Of a stretch of 64,000 nt of DNA, positions 18,498-30,354 are shown one piece after another. The stretch's first letter is position 1, and every line of letters begins with the position of its first letter. The position numbers and the translations under genes were made by a program. A model generated the notes under the pieces. The model had not been told where the DNA came from. It searched no databases and saw only the letters and a list, made by a program, of their open reading frames with translations. This DNA comes from Escherichia phage Lw1. The stretch lies in the sequence record KC801932. One strand, given 5' to 3'.

Positions 18498-20311
18498 AAC
18501 AAGAAATTATTATAGGTAACGTGGTTGATGACGGCGCTGGCGATTACTTACGCCGTGGTGGTCAAAAAACAAACGCGAACTTTACCGAATTATATGAAAA
18601 GCTGGGTGACGGGGAAATCCCTCACCCAGCGGGTGCGTGGAAAACGCATTCCGCTCCTACATTGAACCCTATTTTTGGTGATTCATGGGCGCTGAATACC
18701 AGTAACAACCGTATTACTGTAAACCTCCCTAAAGGGGGCGTAAGCGATTATAACAAGGTTATTCGTCTGCGTGATGTTTGGAGTAAATGGGCGGTTAACA
18801 ACGTGCGTATCGTTCCGGCAACGGGAGACACCATCAAAGGTTCACCAACTTACAAAGAACTGTACAAAGATTTCATGGATGTTGAACTGGTTTATTGTGC
18901 TCCTGGGCGTTGGGAATACGTCGAGAACAAACAGGTTGACAAAATAACAACTTCGGATCTGGCTACCGTAGCGAAAGAAACCTATATCGCAACTCAGGGA
19001 CAGACAGACTTCCCGAATGTGTTCGGTCCTGGCAACATGTACAACGTTCGTGCTCTCGAAGTCTACTATCGTGGTAACTTGCTGTACATCGACGATAAGA
19101 ACGGCTTTAATGAAGCAAACAGTGATTACGGTTCGCCTGGGGCAACTGCGGGGCAACTCGTAGAACTGGATGGAACCAACATACGCCTTAAACGTCCCTG
19201 TAACGCTGGTGACACGCTTCAATTTGTCACCTATATGGATGGTATAGCAACATGGCGTTCGACGTATGAAGCGCATACAATGCGCGTATACAACACTGGA
19301 GACACTGAACTTGTGAGCGTACCTGGTGAAATCTGGGTTGGCGATCTGGCTAACAAGAAAGAATTCACCACTGCTGAATTTGGTATCAGTTCCCGTGTGT
19401 TGATTAACCCGAATTCATTCGAACTGCTGCTGAACGGTCGTCAGCTTGTAAAAGCAGGTGATGCGGATCTTCCTACGTTTGTTTGTGAAGGTGCGGAAGG
19501 TTATGATGAAGATAGCTGTTTGGCTAACTCCGGTTTATGGGTTCCGTCTGGACAGGATTACAGTCTAATCTTTGTTAACTCTATTGTGACTGGGATTAAG
19601 TTTCATCAGGCACTGGAAACCCGCGATGTGGTAACAATCCGTTGGTTCAATAACGATATCGGAACCGTAATGGAATGGGACGGCGTAGGCGGTATTAAAG
19701 AGCATACGGATAAACTGTATCTGAATAACGAAGACGAATTGACTTTGGTTAATCAGATTGAATATACAGACTACAACAACCCGTCACAAAAAACAATGCG
19801 TAAGGTTGCAGATCCTTTCGTTGGTCGTCTGTTGGATTTGCAAGCGTTTTTCGATGTGATTCACCCTATTGGGACAATTTACGAAAACGCACACAACGAC
19901 GCAAACCCAGGCGATTATATGGGATTTGGTATCTGGACACGATATGCAGAAGGGATGTTTATTGCTGGTTGGACTACCGATGCAGCAGATAGCGATTTTG
20001 GGCTGAACAATAACGATCTGGATGGTTCCGGTCAACCTACACACACATCAGGTGGTACTGGTGGTGAACGCGGCTACGAAATCAAACCGATCAACGTTCC
20101 ACAAATCGAATCTACCGATAAAGTTCTGATTAAGGACGATAACGGGATCATTATCATTGGTGGTTGTCAGGTTGACCCAGATGCAACAGGACCAGGATAC
20201 ACTAAATACCGTGAGGATGTATTGAAAGTAAATCAGGGTAATACTACTCCTGATAAGCTGAAAACGCTCCCTCCGTATATTACTGCACATCGCTGGATAA
20301 GGGTAGCATAA
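18494..20311 (+). CDS. 10: baseplate wedge subunit / tail pin gp10
   Basis: 605 aa, synteny. Confidence 0.85.
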   Translation: MKQEIIIGNVVDDGAGDYLRRGGQKTNANFTELYEKLGDGEIPHPAGAWKTHSAPTLNPIFGDSWALNTSNNRITVNLPKGGVSDYNKVIRLRDVWSKWAVNNVRIVPATGDTIKGSPTYKELYKDFMDVELVYCAPGRWEYVENKQVDKITTSDLATVAKETYIATQGQTDFPNVFGPGNMYNVRALEVYYRGNLLYIDDKNGFNEANSDYGSPGATAGQLVELDGTNIRLKRPCNAGDTLQFVTYMDGIATWRSTYEAHTMRVYNTGDTELVSVPGEIWVGDLANKKEFTTAEFGISSRVLINPNSFELLLNGRQLVKAGDADLPTFVCEGAEGYDEDSCLANSGLWVPSGQDYSLIFVNSIVTGIKFHQALETRDVVTIRWFNNDIGTVMEWDGVGGIKEHTDKLYLNNEDELTLVNQIEYTDYNNPSQKTMRKVADPFVGRLLDLQAFFDVIHPIGTIYENAHNDANPGDYMGFGIWTRYAEGMFIAGWTTDAADSDFGLNNNDLDGSGQPTHTSGGTGGERGYEIKPINVPQIESTDKVLIKDDNGIIIIGGCQVDPDATGPGYTKYREDVLKVNQGNTTPDKLKTLPPYITAHRWIRVA

Positions 20312-20973
20312 TGACACAATTTATTTCAAAGACAAGGGAGGGGGCGAAAGTCCCTTCTCGTGAAGCAGACTTTTTGCAATATGAAATGGGTACGAAAGAA
20401 CCCCTTATTGGTGGTAAACGTACCATCGGCGGTGCAAACGTTGATCAGCTTCGCAAAGGGATAGACTATCCCAACGTACAATCAGCAATCGATGACCTGT
20501 ATTCTCTGACTCAACAGATCCCGATTAACGGGGTTATCATGATGACAGAAGACAGTCCACCGACCGCTGTTCAGCAGGTAGAAACAATCACGTTTGATGG
20601 AACTGTACAAAATCCAGATCCAGACCAAACGAAAGCAACCGTTCATGTTTATGGCTTTCCGTTTGTATTCGATAACACAACGAACGCCTCTACGGTATGC
20701 GAAACAGTATTCAACAAGTTTACTGAATTTGTCAACGACGAAAAATATTTCGATCTGGTTACGCGTAAAGGATTGAACGGGGAAATTCTGGAAGTTCGTT
20801 TTATTGATGCGGTTCCACATCCGGTAACTAACGCAACAGAAAACGGGATCTCTATGGTTGGTGTAATCGACGTACAGGCGCGTTCTGGTTACGGTACGTG
20901 GTCGAAACTGGGTGAGATTGATCTTGCTGTAACTCCACCTGTTCCGATTTATTATTTCAAACGTATTGCGTAA
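20311..20973 (+). CDS. 11: baseplate wedge subunit / tail pin gp11
   Basis: 220 aa, synteny. Confidence 0.8.
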   Translation: MTQFISKTREGAKVPSREADFLQYEMGTKEPLIGGKRTIGGANVDQLRKGIDYPNVQSAIDDLYSLTQQIPINGVIMMTEDSPPTAVQQVETITFDGTVQNPDPDQTKATVHVYGFPFVFDNTTNASTVCETVFNKFTEFVNDEKYFDLVTRKGLNGEILEVRFIDAVPHPVTNATENGISMVGVIDVQARSGYGTWSKLGEIDLAVTPPVPIYYFKRIA

Positions 20974-20982
20974 GGATAACCA

Positions 20983-22374
20983 ATGAGTAACAACACAATT
21001 AACCACGTAAGCGATGCGTCAGTTTACGTGACTTTCGATCCGGCTGGTACGCAATGGCCTTCGACGTTTACCAACGTACAGCAAGCCCTAGCCTCTATAG
21101 GCTCATGGGCGCGTGAAGATGTGGGTTTGCCTAACGCTGCCCCTGGTGTGCGTGGTATCGCTGCTATTGCTACCGAGGCGATGATTGACGCAGGTACTGA
21201 CACCGAAACGATCGTTACTCCAGCGCTGTTGGCATATCGTTTACAGAATCCTCATGCGTCACAAACTGTATGGGGTTATACCCGTTATGCGACCGATGCA
21301 GAAGCAACCACAATCACTAACGATTTGGTTTCTGTAACTCCGCGTTCTGTTGATGTTATTTTCAACACCAGACAAGCAACAGAAACTGTATGGGGTTCTG
21401 CGAAACTGTCAACTACAGCACAAGCAACATCAGGTACTGATGACACAACCGCAATGACTCCATTGAAGGTTAAACAAGCGATCTCCGCTCTGGTTCCGGT
21501 TCAATCTAACGCAACGGAAAGTTCGTTCGGTTTGGTTCAGTTGGCTACGGTTGCAGAAGTCCGCGCAGGTACTATCCGCGATGGATTTGCAATTTCACCA
21601 TATACGTTTATTCGTCTGAATGCAACAGAATCCGATCTAGGTATTATTCGAATAGCTTCACAGGGTGAAGTCAACACAGGCGCTGATGATACAAAAGCTG
21701 TTACCCCGCTGAAACTGGCTAACTTGAAAGGTTCTGGTAGCGCGTTTGGTTTGGTTAAATTATCAACAGATGTAAACACAGGGCTGGCGAACACAGCGCT
21801 TTCTGCTGGTGCTAACGTGGTTCCGAGCAACCGTGATAGTGCAATTACTGGTGGTGCTCTGTATCAGGGTTCAGTTACTGGTGCTAATAAATACCAAACA
21901 CATAGCGACGTTGAAGCAAATATTCCTATTGGGTGTATGATGCTCGCGGCATTCAACTCAGATTACGGAAACCTGTTTATCGCAAACGGTCGCGCGATGA
22001 ATAGAAACGCAAACCCAGAACTATTTGCACGTATTGGCTACGCATATGGCGGTAGTGGTGATATTTTCAACCTCCCAGATATGCGCGGGGTTGCTGCTCG
22101 TGGTTTCGATGCGGGACGTGGGTTAGATCCTGGTCGCGGGTTTGGTACATATCAGGCCGATGCGTTTGCGTATCACGAACATAACCTACAGATGATTTTG
22201 CTGAACGGCGGTAATATTCCATCAAGTCAGGCTGTTTATGAACTGAAATGGGCCAAGAAAAATGACCAACGAATCTATGATTTAGATCCGAACTATAGCA
22301 AAGCTAAGGGTGTTGGTGCTAACGAAACGCGAATGAAAAACGTTGCGGTCAACTATGTAATTCGAGTACGATAA
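20983..22374 (+). CDS. 12: short tail fiber protein gp12
   Basis: MSNNT..HVS N-terminus, repeated TxxxGxxKLxT motifs, C-terminal NLPDMRG...ELIGNETR..YIIRV-like region shared with T4 gp12. Confidence 0.9.
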   Translation: MSNNTINHVSDASVYVTFDPAGTQWPSTFTNVQQALASIGSWAREDVGLPNAAPGVRGIAAIATEAMIDAGTDTETIVTPALLAYRLQNPHASQTVWGYTRYATDAEATTITNDLVSVTPRSVDVIFNTRQATETVWGSAKLSTTAQATSGTDDTTAMTPLKVKQAISALVPVQSNATESSFGLVQLATVAEVRAGTIRDGFAISPYTFIRLNATESDLGIIRIASQGEVNTGADDTKAVTPLKLANLKGSGSAFGLVKLSTDVNTGLANTALSAGANVVPSNRDSAITGGALYQGSVTGANKYQTHSDVEANIPIGCMMLAAFNSDYGNLFIANGRAMNRNANPELFARIGYAYGGSGDIFNLPDMRGVAARGFDAGRGLDPGRGFGTYQADAFAYHEHNLQMILLNGGNIPSSQAVYELKWAKKNDQRIYDLDPNYSKAKGVGANETRMKNVAVNYVIRVR

Positions 22375-22386
22375 AGGGGTTAATCC

Positions 22387-24675
22387 ATGATTTCAAAACT
22401 TAACCCGTTACCAAAGATCCCGTTTGTTGATGGTGTCCCTTCGGACACCACACAAACCCCGATCAGTTGGATTCTTAACGGTGAGACTCTCGACGGGGCC
22501 AAAACAAAGGTCACTAGCGAGGGTTCTTTAAACAGATGCGGCGTTCTGGTTCAAAAGAACGCGGTGCAATTGGAAACAAACACCATTACGCAAACGGCAA
22601 AAATCAACGAAGTTATCGATCAAGTTAACCTCATTAGTGAAAACCTCGCGGCTATTTCTGATGAAAGCGTGATCGAAAAACTGGATCAGGTCGTTGCTGA
22701 TGTGGAAGTGTTAAAAGTCGATATGACTGCGGTTCAAGGTTCTACCGCAAGCAATACCCTGAAAATTCAGGATCTCGATAAAGATATCGGGACATGGGAT
22801 GCTACAACAGATCCAAAACACCGAACCATTCGCAAAGATATTATTTTTCTGAAAGGGGAAATGGGCGCATATCCTGGATTTAATCAGGACGGTGACGTAG
22901 ATCCTACTTCAACTGGCTCTGGAATGAAATACAAAATCATGACGAACGCGCAAGCGATTTCGATTCATGAAGGGCGTATTACCAGACTGGAAGACGATTG
23001 GGCCAACTCAGATGTAGGCCATTTAACTGATGAAGTTACCGACTTGCGTAATGAAATGGGGCCGAAACATTTAGCAACGTTTGAATCGGTGTACGTTCGT
23101 CTGAATAAAATTGGTACGGATATCACTGGGATTAATACCGAACTGACAGAAATCAACCAATATATCGGTCGTACTGGTACAGGTGGTTCTGGAAGTATTT
23201 CTGCTCGAATGACTACGGCAGAAACGAATATTGTTACTCTGCAAACGCAGATGAATGATTCTTCCGTTGGTGTTCTTCCTCGCGTAATTTCTCTTGAAAA
23301 CCAAGTTGGGAATTCGCAGGTTCCGGGTAGTATTCGTTATGATATCAGTAATATCAAACGTGACATTAGCGACCTGAATATGGTTGTTGGTGAATCAAGC
23401 GATGAAGGGCTACGGGGCGAAATGGCTCAGGTTATGTCCGATATCGGTACAGATTCACAACCTACAAGCATTAAAGGCCGTCTGCTTAACGTAGAGAATA
23501 CGCAGCGCGACGATCACCAGCGTTTGATTGATGTCGAATCTATTGTTGGTAACACCTCAAGCGGACTTGTTGCGGCTAACATCGCAATGGGTAAAGCGGT
23601 TTATGGTGATGCAACCAGTTCAGATCCGTTCCTCAAAGACGGTATTCAGAAAACGACTCGCGATAGCAAAACTGCAATTGGTGTCAACACTACAGGTTCT
23701 GAAACTGGAATCTATAAGTTGATTTCCGATCTGACTGCTCGTGTTGCTGCTCTGGAAAGTGGTTCTGGTAGTGATCTCGAACAGCGTGTTTCCGATCTTG
23801 AAGTCAATAAAGCATCGCATCAGGACGTTACAAACGCACTGGTTCCGTATATTACTGAAACTGAGGCCGATATCAAGTACGAACCGAAGAAGATTCCGCT
23901 TGCGTTCACTCAAAACCTCGTTGGTCGAAATGATTATATCGAAGGTGATGACATTTCTCTGATGGTTACTGTATCTGGTGGTAAAGTCCCTTATGCGTAC
24001 CAGTGGAAGAAAGACAACGCGAACGTAGGTACGAACGCATCAAGTTTGATGATCCAGACCATCACATCGGCTAACGCTGGCGTGTATAAGGTTGAAGTAA
24101 CTGACGCAGATAACACGGTTATCACTTCTAACGAATTGACAATTGCTGTTTATCCGGTTCCTCAGTTCGATACTAACCTGGCTGATAAATCAGTGGTTGA
24201 CGGTGATCCTCTGACTCTGGAAGTTGTGTATAGCGGCGGTAAACCTTCGTACACTTACGAGTGGTTCAAAGATAACTCTGTTATCTCTGGGGCAACATCA
24301 GCAACATTTACCAAATCTGCGGTTACAAGTGCCGATGCTGGTGAATACTATGTTTCTGTGACTGACTCGATGAACAACCAAAATGATTCAGTGAAAGCAA
24401 ATGTGACGGTAACACCACGTCCTGCACTGGCATTCACTACGGATCTGAGTTCTACTAAATCATATAGCACAGGTGCTGATATGGACCTTGCTGTTGTCGT
24501 AACTGGTGGTAAAACACCATATACGTACAAATGGTTTAAAGACACTGCGGAAATTTCCGGTCAGACAGGCGCAAGCCTTACCACTGTAGCAGAAGATGGA
24601 GTGTATAAAGTCGAAGTGACTGATGCACTAACGACTAAAATCACATCAACTGAATGCACGGTAACTGTTGCATAA
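22387..24675 (+). CDS. wac: fibritin (wac) with three C-terminal Ig-like repeats
   Basis: N-terminus (LPKIPFVDGVPSD..ISWILNGETLDG) like T4 fibritin; long coiled-coil; C-terminal ~230 aa made of three repeats (GGKxPYxYxWxKD...GxYxVxVTD). Confidence 0.8.
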   Translation: MISKLNPLPKIPFVDGVPSDTTQTPISWILNGETLDGAKTKVTSEGSLNRCGVLVQKNAVQLETNTITQTAKINEVIDQVNLISENLAAISDESVIEKLDQVVADVEVLKVDMTAVQGSTASNTLKIQDLDKDIGTWDATTDPKHRTIRKDIIFLKGEMGAYPGFNQDGDVDPTSTGSGMKYKIMTNAQAISIHEGRITRLEDDWANSDVGHLTDEVTDLRNEMGPKHLATFESVYVRLNKIGTDITGINTELTEINQYIGRTGTGGSGSISARMTTAETNIVTLQTQMNDSSVGVLPRVISLENQVGNSQVPGSIRYDISNIKRDISDLNMVVGESSDEGLRGEMAQVMSDIGTDSQPTSIKGRLLNVENTQRDDHQRLIDVESIVGNTSSGLVAANIAMGKAVYGDATSSDPFLKDGIQKTTRDSKTAIGVNTTGSETGIYKLISDLTARVAALESGSGSDLEQRVSDLEVNKASHQDVTNALVPYITETEADIKYEPKKIPLAFTQNLVGRNDYIEGDDISLMVTVSGGKVPYAYQWKKDNANVGTNASSLMIQTITSANAGVYKVEVTDADNTVITSNELTIAVYPVPQFDTNLADKSVVDGDPLTLEVVYSGGKPSYTYEWFKDNSVISGATSATFTKSAVTSADAGEYYVSVTDSMNNQNDSVKANVTVTPRPALAFTTDLSSTKSYSTGADMDLAVVVTGGKTPYTYKWFKDTAEISGQTGASLTTVAEDGVYKVEVTDALTTKITSTECTVTVA

Positions 24676-24681
24676 TTTAAC

Positions 24682-24702
24682 AAGGGGCGCAAGCCCCTTT
24701 TG
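24682..24702 (+). terminator. rho-independent terminator after wac
   Basis: aaggggc gcaa gcccctt hairpin + tttt. Confidence 0.6.
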
Positions 24703-24710
24703 AGGATCAT

Positions 24711-25634
24711 ATGATTACGAACAACCCTGAACAATTGAAGGATGAAATTCTTCGTCGTCTGGGCGCACCAATCATCAAAATCGAAATCACACAAGACCAG
24801 ATTTACGATTGCATTCAACGCGCACTGGATCTGTATGCGGAATATCATTACAACGGAACAAACAAAAGCTATATTATTCTGACACTGGGCGAAGATAACC
24901 CACGCAACGTATTTGATTTGAGCAAAGAACACATTTTCGCGATCACAAAAGTATTGCGTACAAATATCGGTTCCCTGGTTTCTATGGATGGTACAGCGGT
25001 TTATCCGTGGTTTACCGATTTCCTGATGGGGCTTACTGGTGGTTCATTGGGCGGTCGCTGTTCATCCAGTGTATACGGTATGAACGCATACGGTGCGGAT
25101 CTGGGGTATTTTACACAGATGATGTCCTATCAGCGCTCGATGCAAGATTTGCTGGCTCCGTTGCCTGATTACTGGTACAACGATGACACTGGTCAATTTT
25201 GCGCATGGGGTAAAGTCAACTACGGTGATATCATTGTTATTGAAGCGATGGTCCGTTCTTTCGTTGACGTTCCTAGTGCCGTAGGAAGCGTTGCAGGATA
25301 CGCTACAGCGGGTTCTAACGCAGTAGAAGACCAATCTATAGCCGACATCTACGATAACCCTTATAACGCGGTTGTGGGCGGTGTACGTGCGGGGCAGGGA
25401 ACAACTGTTACTGGTGGAACCTCTGCATATAACAACCGTTGGGTAAAAGACTACTCGACCGCGCTGGTAAAAGAAATCAACGGACAAATTCTGGCTAAGT
25501 TCCAGGGTATGCAATTGCCTGGTGGTGTTGCTCCTGATGGAACGCGACTGATCCAGGAAGCAGAAACCAAATTACAAGGATTGCGCGACGAACTGATTTC
25601 TATGTCTGACGCAGTTCCTATTATTATGGTGTAG
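24711..25634 (+). CDS. 13: neck protein gp13
   Basis: N-terminal region (PEQLKDEILRRLGAPIIKIEITQDQIYDCIQRALDLY) nearly identical in pattern to T4 gp13. Confidence 0.9.
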   Translation: MITNNPEQLKDEILRRLGAPIIKIEITQDQIYDCIQRALDLYAEYHYNGTNKSYIILTLGEDNPRNVFDLSKEHIFAITKVLRTNIGSLVSMDGTAVYPWFTDFLMGLTGGSLGGRCSSSVYGMNAYGADLGYFTQMMSYQRSMQDLLAPLPDYWYNDDTGQFCAWGKVNYGDIIVIEAMVRSFVDVPSAVGSVAGYATAGSNAVEDQSIADIYDNPYNAVVGGVRAGQGTTVTGGTSAYNNRWVKDYSTALVKEINGQILAKFQGMQLPGGVAPDGTRLIQEAETKLQGLRDELISMSDAVPIIMV

Positions 25635-25642
25635 GGGGAATA

Positions 25643-26389
25643 ATGCAAAACTGGGATGAAAGTTTATTCGCTCAGTTGTCAACGGGAGAGGGAGTTGATC
25701 GCAACTTAAAGGATCAAGTTACTAACCCGTATGTAAACTGGTACAAATATAACCCGACACAACAGCTACACGATTCACTGACAGCAGAATCCATACAGAT
25801 GAAATCACCTGATATGTATTATGTCAGACGTGAATTTGTGAATATAGATAAAATACTGGGTGAAGACCGAGAATCTAAATTTACGAAATCGTGGAAGATT
25901 GCGGCATATATTGAATCATACGCCAACTACGAAGGACAGCGGGACTTCTTTAGCAAATTTGGGTTGAGTTCTAACGACGAAATGACGCTGGTACTGAATC
26001 CGCGTTTATTTGCACATCAAACTGATGGTGGTATTCCTGTGTTGGGGGATTTGATTTATTTCCCTATGGACAACAGCCTGTTTGAAATTACATGGGTGGA
26101 AGCAGATCCGTTCTATCAGTTCGGTGATCGTCCTCAACGTAAAATCAACCTGGCTAAATTCATCTACACGGGCGAAGAATTGGCTCCTGAATTGCAGCGA
26201 AACGAGGGAATCCATATTGAACCTGATGCAGAACTGGATCTTGAACCTATTCGAAATCTCGACGGGCTGGCAGATATCAACATTGAACAGTACGAAGAAG
26301 ACAAAGAATTTGAAAAAGAAAGTGACGAGTTCATCGATTCTTTTGATGTTGTCAACGGACGCGGATCTCCATTCGCAACGTTGCCCTAA
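25643..26389 (+). CDS. 14: neck protein gp14
   Basis: 248 aa, synteny. Confidence 0.8.
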   Translation: MQNWDESLFAQLSTGEGVDRNLKDQVTNPYVNWYKYNPTQQLHDSLTAESIQMKSPDMYYVRREFVNIDKILGEDRESKFTKSWKIAAYIESYANYEGQRDFFSKFGLSSNDEMTLVLNPRLFAHQTDGGIPVLGDLIYFPMDNSLFEITWVEADPFYQFGDRPQRKINLAKFIYTGEELAPELQRNEGIHIEPDAELDLEPIRNLDGLADINIEQYEEDKEFEKESDEFIDSFDVVNGRGSPFATLP

Positions 26390-26446
26390 ATAGTTTATAT
26401 GGGTATAGGCGAAAGTCTGTACCCTCTTCGAAGAGGATTTTATGAT

Positions 26447-27172
26447 ATGGTTGCAAAAATCTCTATAGAACAAAGAGAACATCAATTAAAAGAACGTTGT
26501 GCGGAATTAGAACTATCTTTTGATGGATGGGTAGACCAATCAGCGATCACAAAATATTCAAAGTTTTATGTTGTTTGCAGTAAAGGACATAGAACAGAAA
26601 AACAGATCAAACCATTTGTCAACAAAAGTCGTCCAAACGGATGTTATTTGTGTTCCCCTAAGATGAAAATATCAAAGGAAAACAGAATCGAGGAAATCAA
26701 AACTCTTGCAGATTCAATTGGATATACATTCGTAGATTTCGTTGGGGTGTATAAAGATGCACACACAAAAATATCAATGGTTTGCGATAAAGGCCATAAT
26801 TGGGATGTAAGTATAGTTGCTTTTCTCAATCAAGGTCATCGCTGTAAAAAATGCGCAACGTCTGGGTTCAATCCGAACAAACCAGCATACGTATACGTAC
26901 AATCACTATCTGGAAAATTTCTGAAATTTGGGATAACCAACAGAACACCAAAGAAAAGAATGTGTGCGCAATCAAATAAATCCGTTTATAAACACGAACT
27001 GGTTTATCAAAAATTATTCGATAAAGGTATTGATGCAATGAGTATTGAACAGAAGATCAAACAATCTCTTGTTTGTGGCGTAGTCGATAAATCAGATATG
27101 ATGGATGGATATACAGAAACAACAGATATATCCAATTACGATAAACTGTTGAATATTATAGAAGGAGTATAA
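26447..27172 (+). CDS. tandem zinc-ribbon protein with C-terminal GIY-YIG-like (T5orf172-type) motif; putative freestanding homing-endonuclease-like insertion between gp14 and gp15
   Basis: Two C-x-KGH...C-xx-C modules; motif YVYVQSLSGKFLKFGITNR; absent from this position in T4; start set at ATG 26447 with SD, palindrome cctcttcgaagagg just upstream. Confidence 0.5.
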   Translation: MVAKISIEQREHQLKERCAELELSFDGWVDQSAITKYSKFYVVCSKGHRTEKQIKPFVNKSRPNGCYLCSPKMKISKENRIEEIKTLADSIGYTFVDFVGVYKDAHTKISMVCDKGHNWDVSIVAFLNQGHRCKKCATSGFNPNKPAYVYVQSLSGKFLKFGITNRTPKKRMCAQSNKSVYKHELVYQKLFDKGIDAMSIEQKIKQSLVCGVVDKSDMMDGYTETTDISNYDKLLNIIEGV

Positions 27173-27174
27173 AA

Positions 27175-27992
27175 TTGTTTGGCTACTGGTATAATAGCTC
27201 ACTGCGTAACTACATTGTTCTTATGGGACAATTGTTTAACCATGTTCAGGTTAAAAGAGTTCGCGGCGACCAAGAAAAATTTATTAAGGTTCCAATTACC
27301 TACGCATCGAAAGAGAAATTTCTTGCTTCCATGAATAAACTCAACTATGCGTATAGTCAGGAAAACGTAGCAAAGACGGAAACCATTTTACCGCGAATGA
27401 ACTTATCACTGGTCGATCTGCAATATAACGCAATTCGTAAAACCAGCATCGCGGTCAACCAAAAAATGACGCAATTGCAATCACCCCGCAAGACGATCAC
27501 GCAGTTTAACCCTGTGCCTTATCGTTTAATTTTTGAACTGGGTGTGTATACGCGATATGAAGACGACATGTTTCAGATTGCAGAACAGATTTTACCGTAT
27601 TTTCAACCACATTTCAACTGCAAGATTACCGAACTGCATAAGAACGAAATCACAGTTGACCGAGACATCAAAATCAGTCTCCAGTCGGTTGCACCAGATA
27701 CAACGTTTGAGGGCGAAGCATCACAGCGCCGACATGTTGAATGGTCTTTCATGTTCGAATTGCAGGGTTATCTGTACCCGCCTGTTACTGACGTTAAGGG
27801 CGAAATCAGAACAGTATACACGGATTTCTTTGCCAATATGAACCCATTGGATAAAGATAACTTTGAATCCGTTGATAGTCAAGCCGATCCGGTAGATCTG
27901 CCTTTGCAGGATTACACGGGCGAAGAATATATTCAGACGTATTCGCACGATAAGCCGATCCCGTCTGGTGATGAACCTCCTAAGCCGAGGGA

Positions 27993-27996
<4 letters not shown>
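27175..27996 (+). CDS. 15: tail sheath stabilizer / completion protein gp15
   Basis: 273 aa, synteny; apparent TTG start at 27175 preceded by GAAGGAG SD. Confidence 0.85.
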
Positions 27997-30336
<2,340 letters not shown>

Positions 30337-30354
30337 ATTAGAGGAAATTCTATA

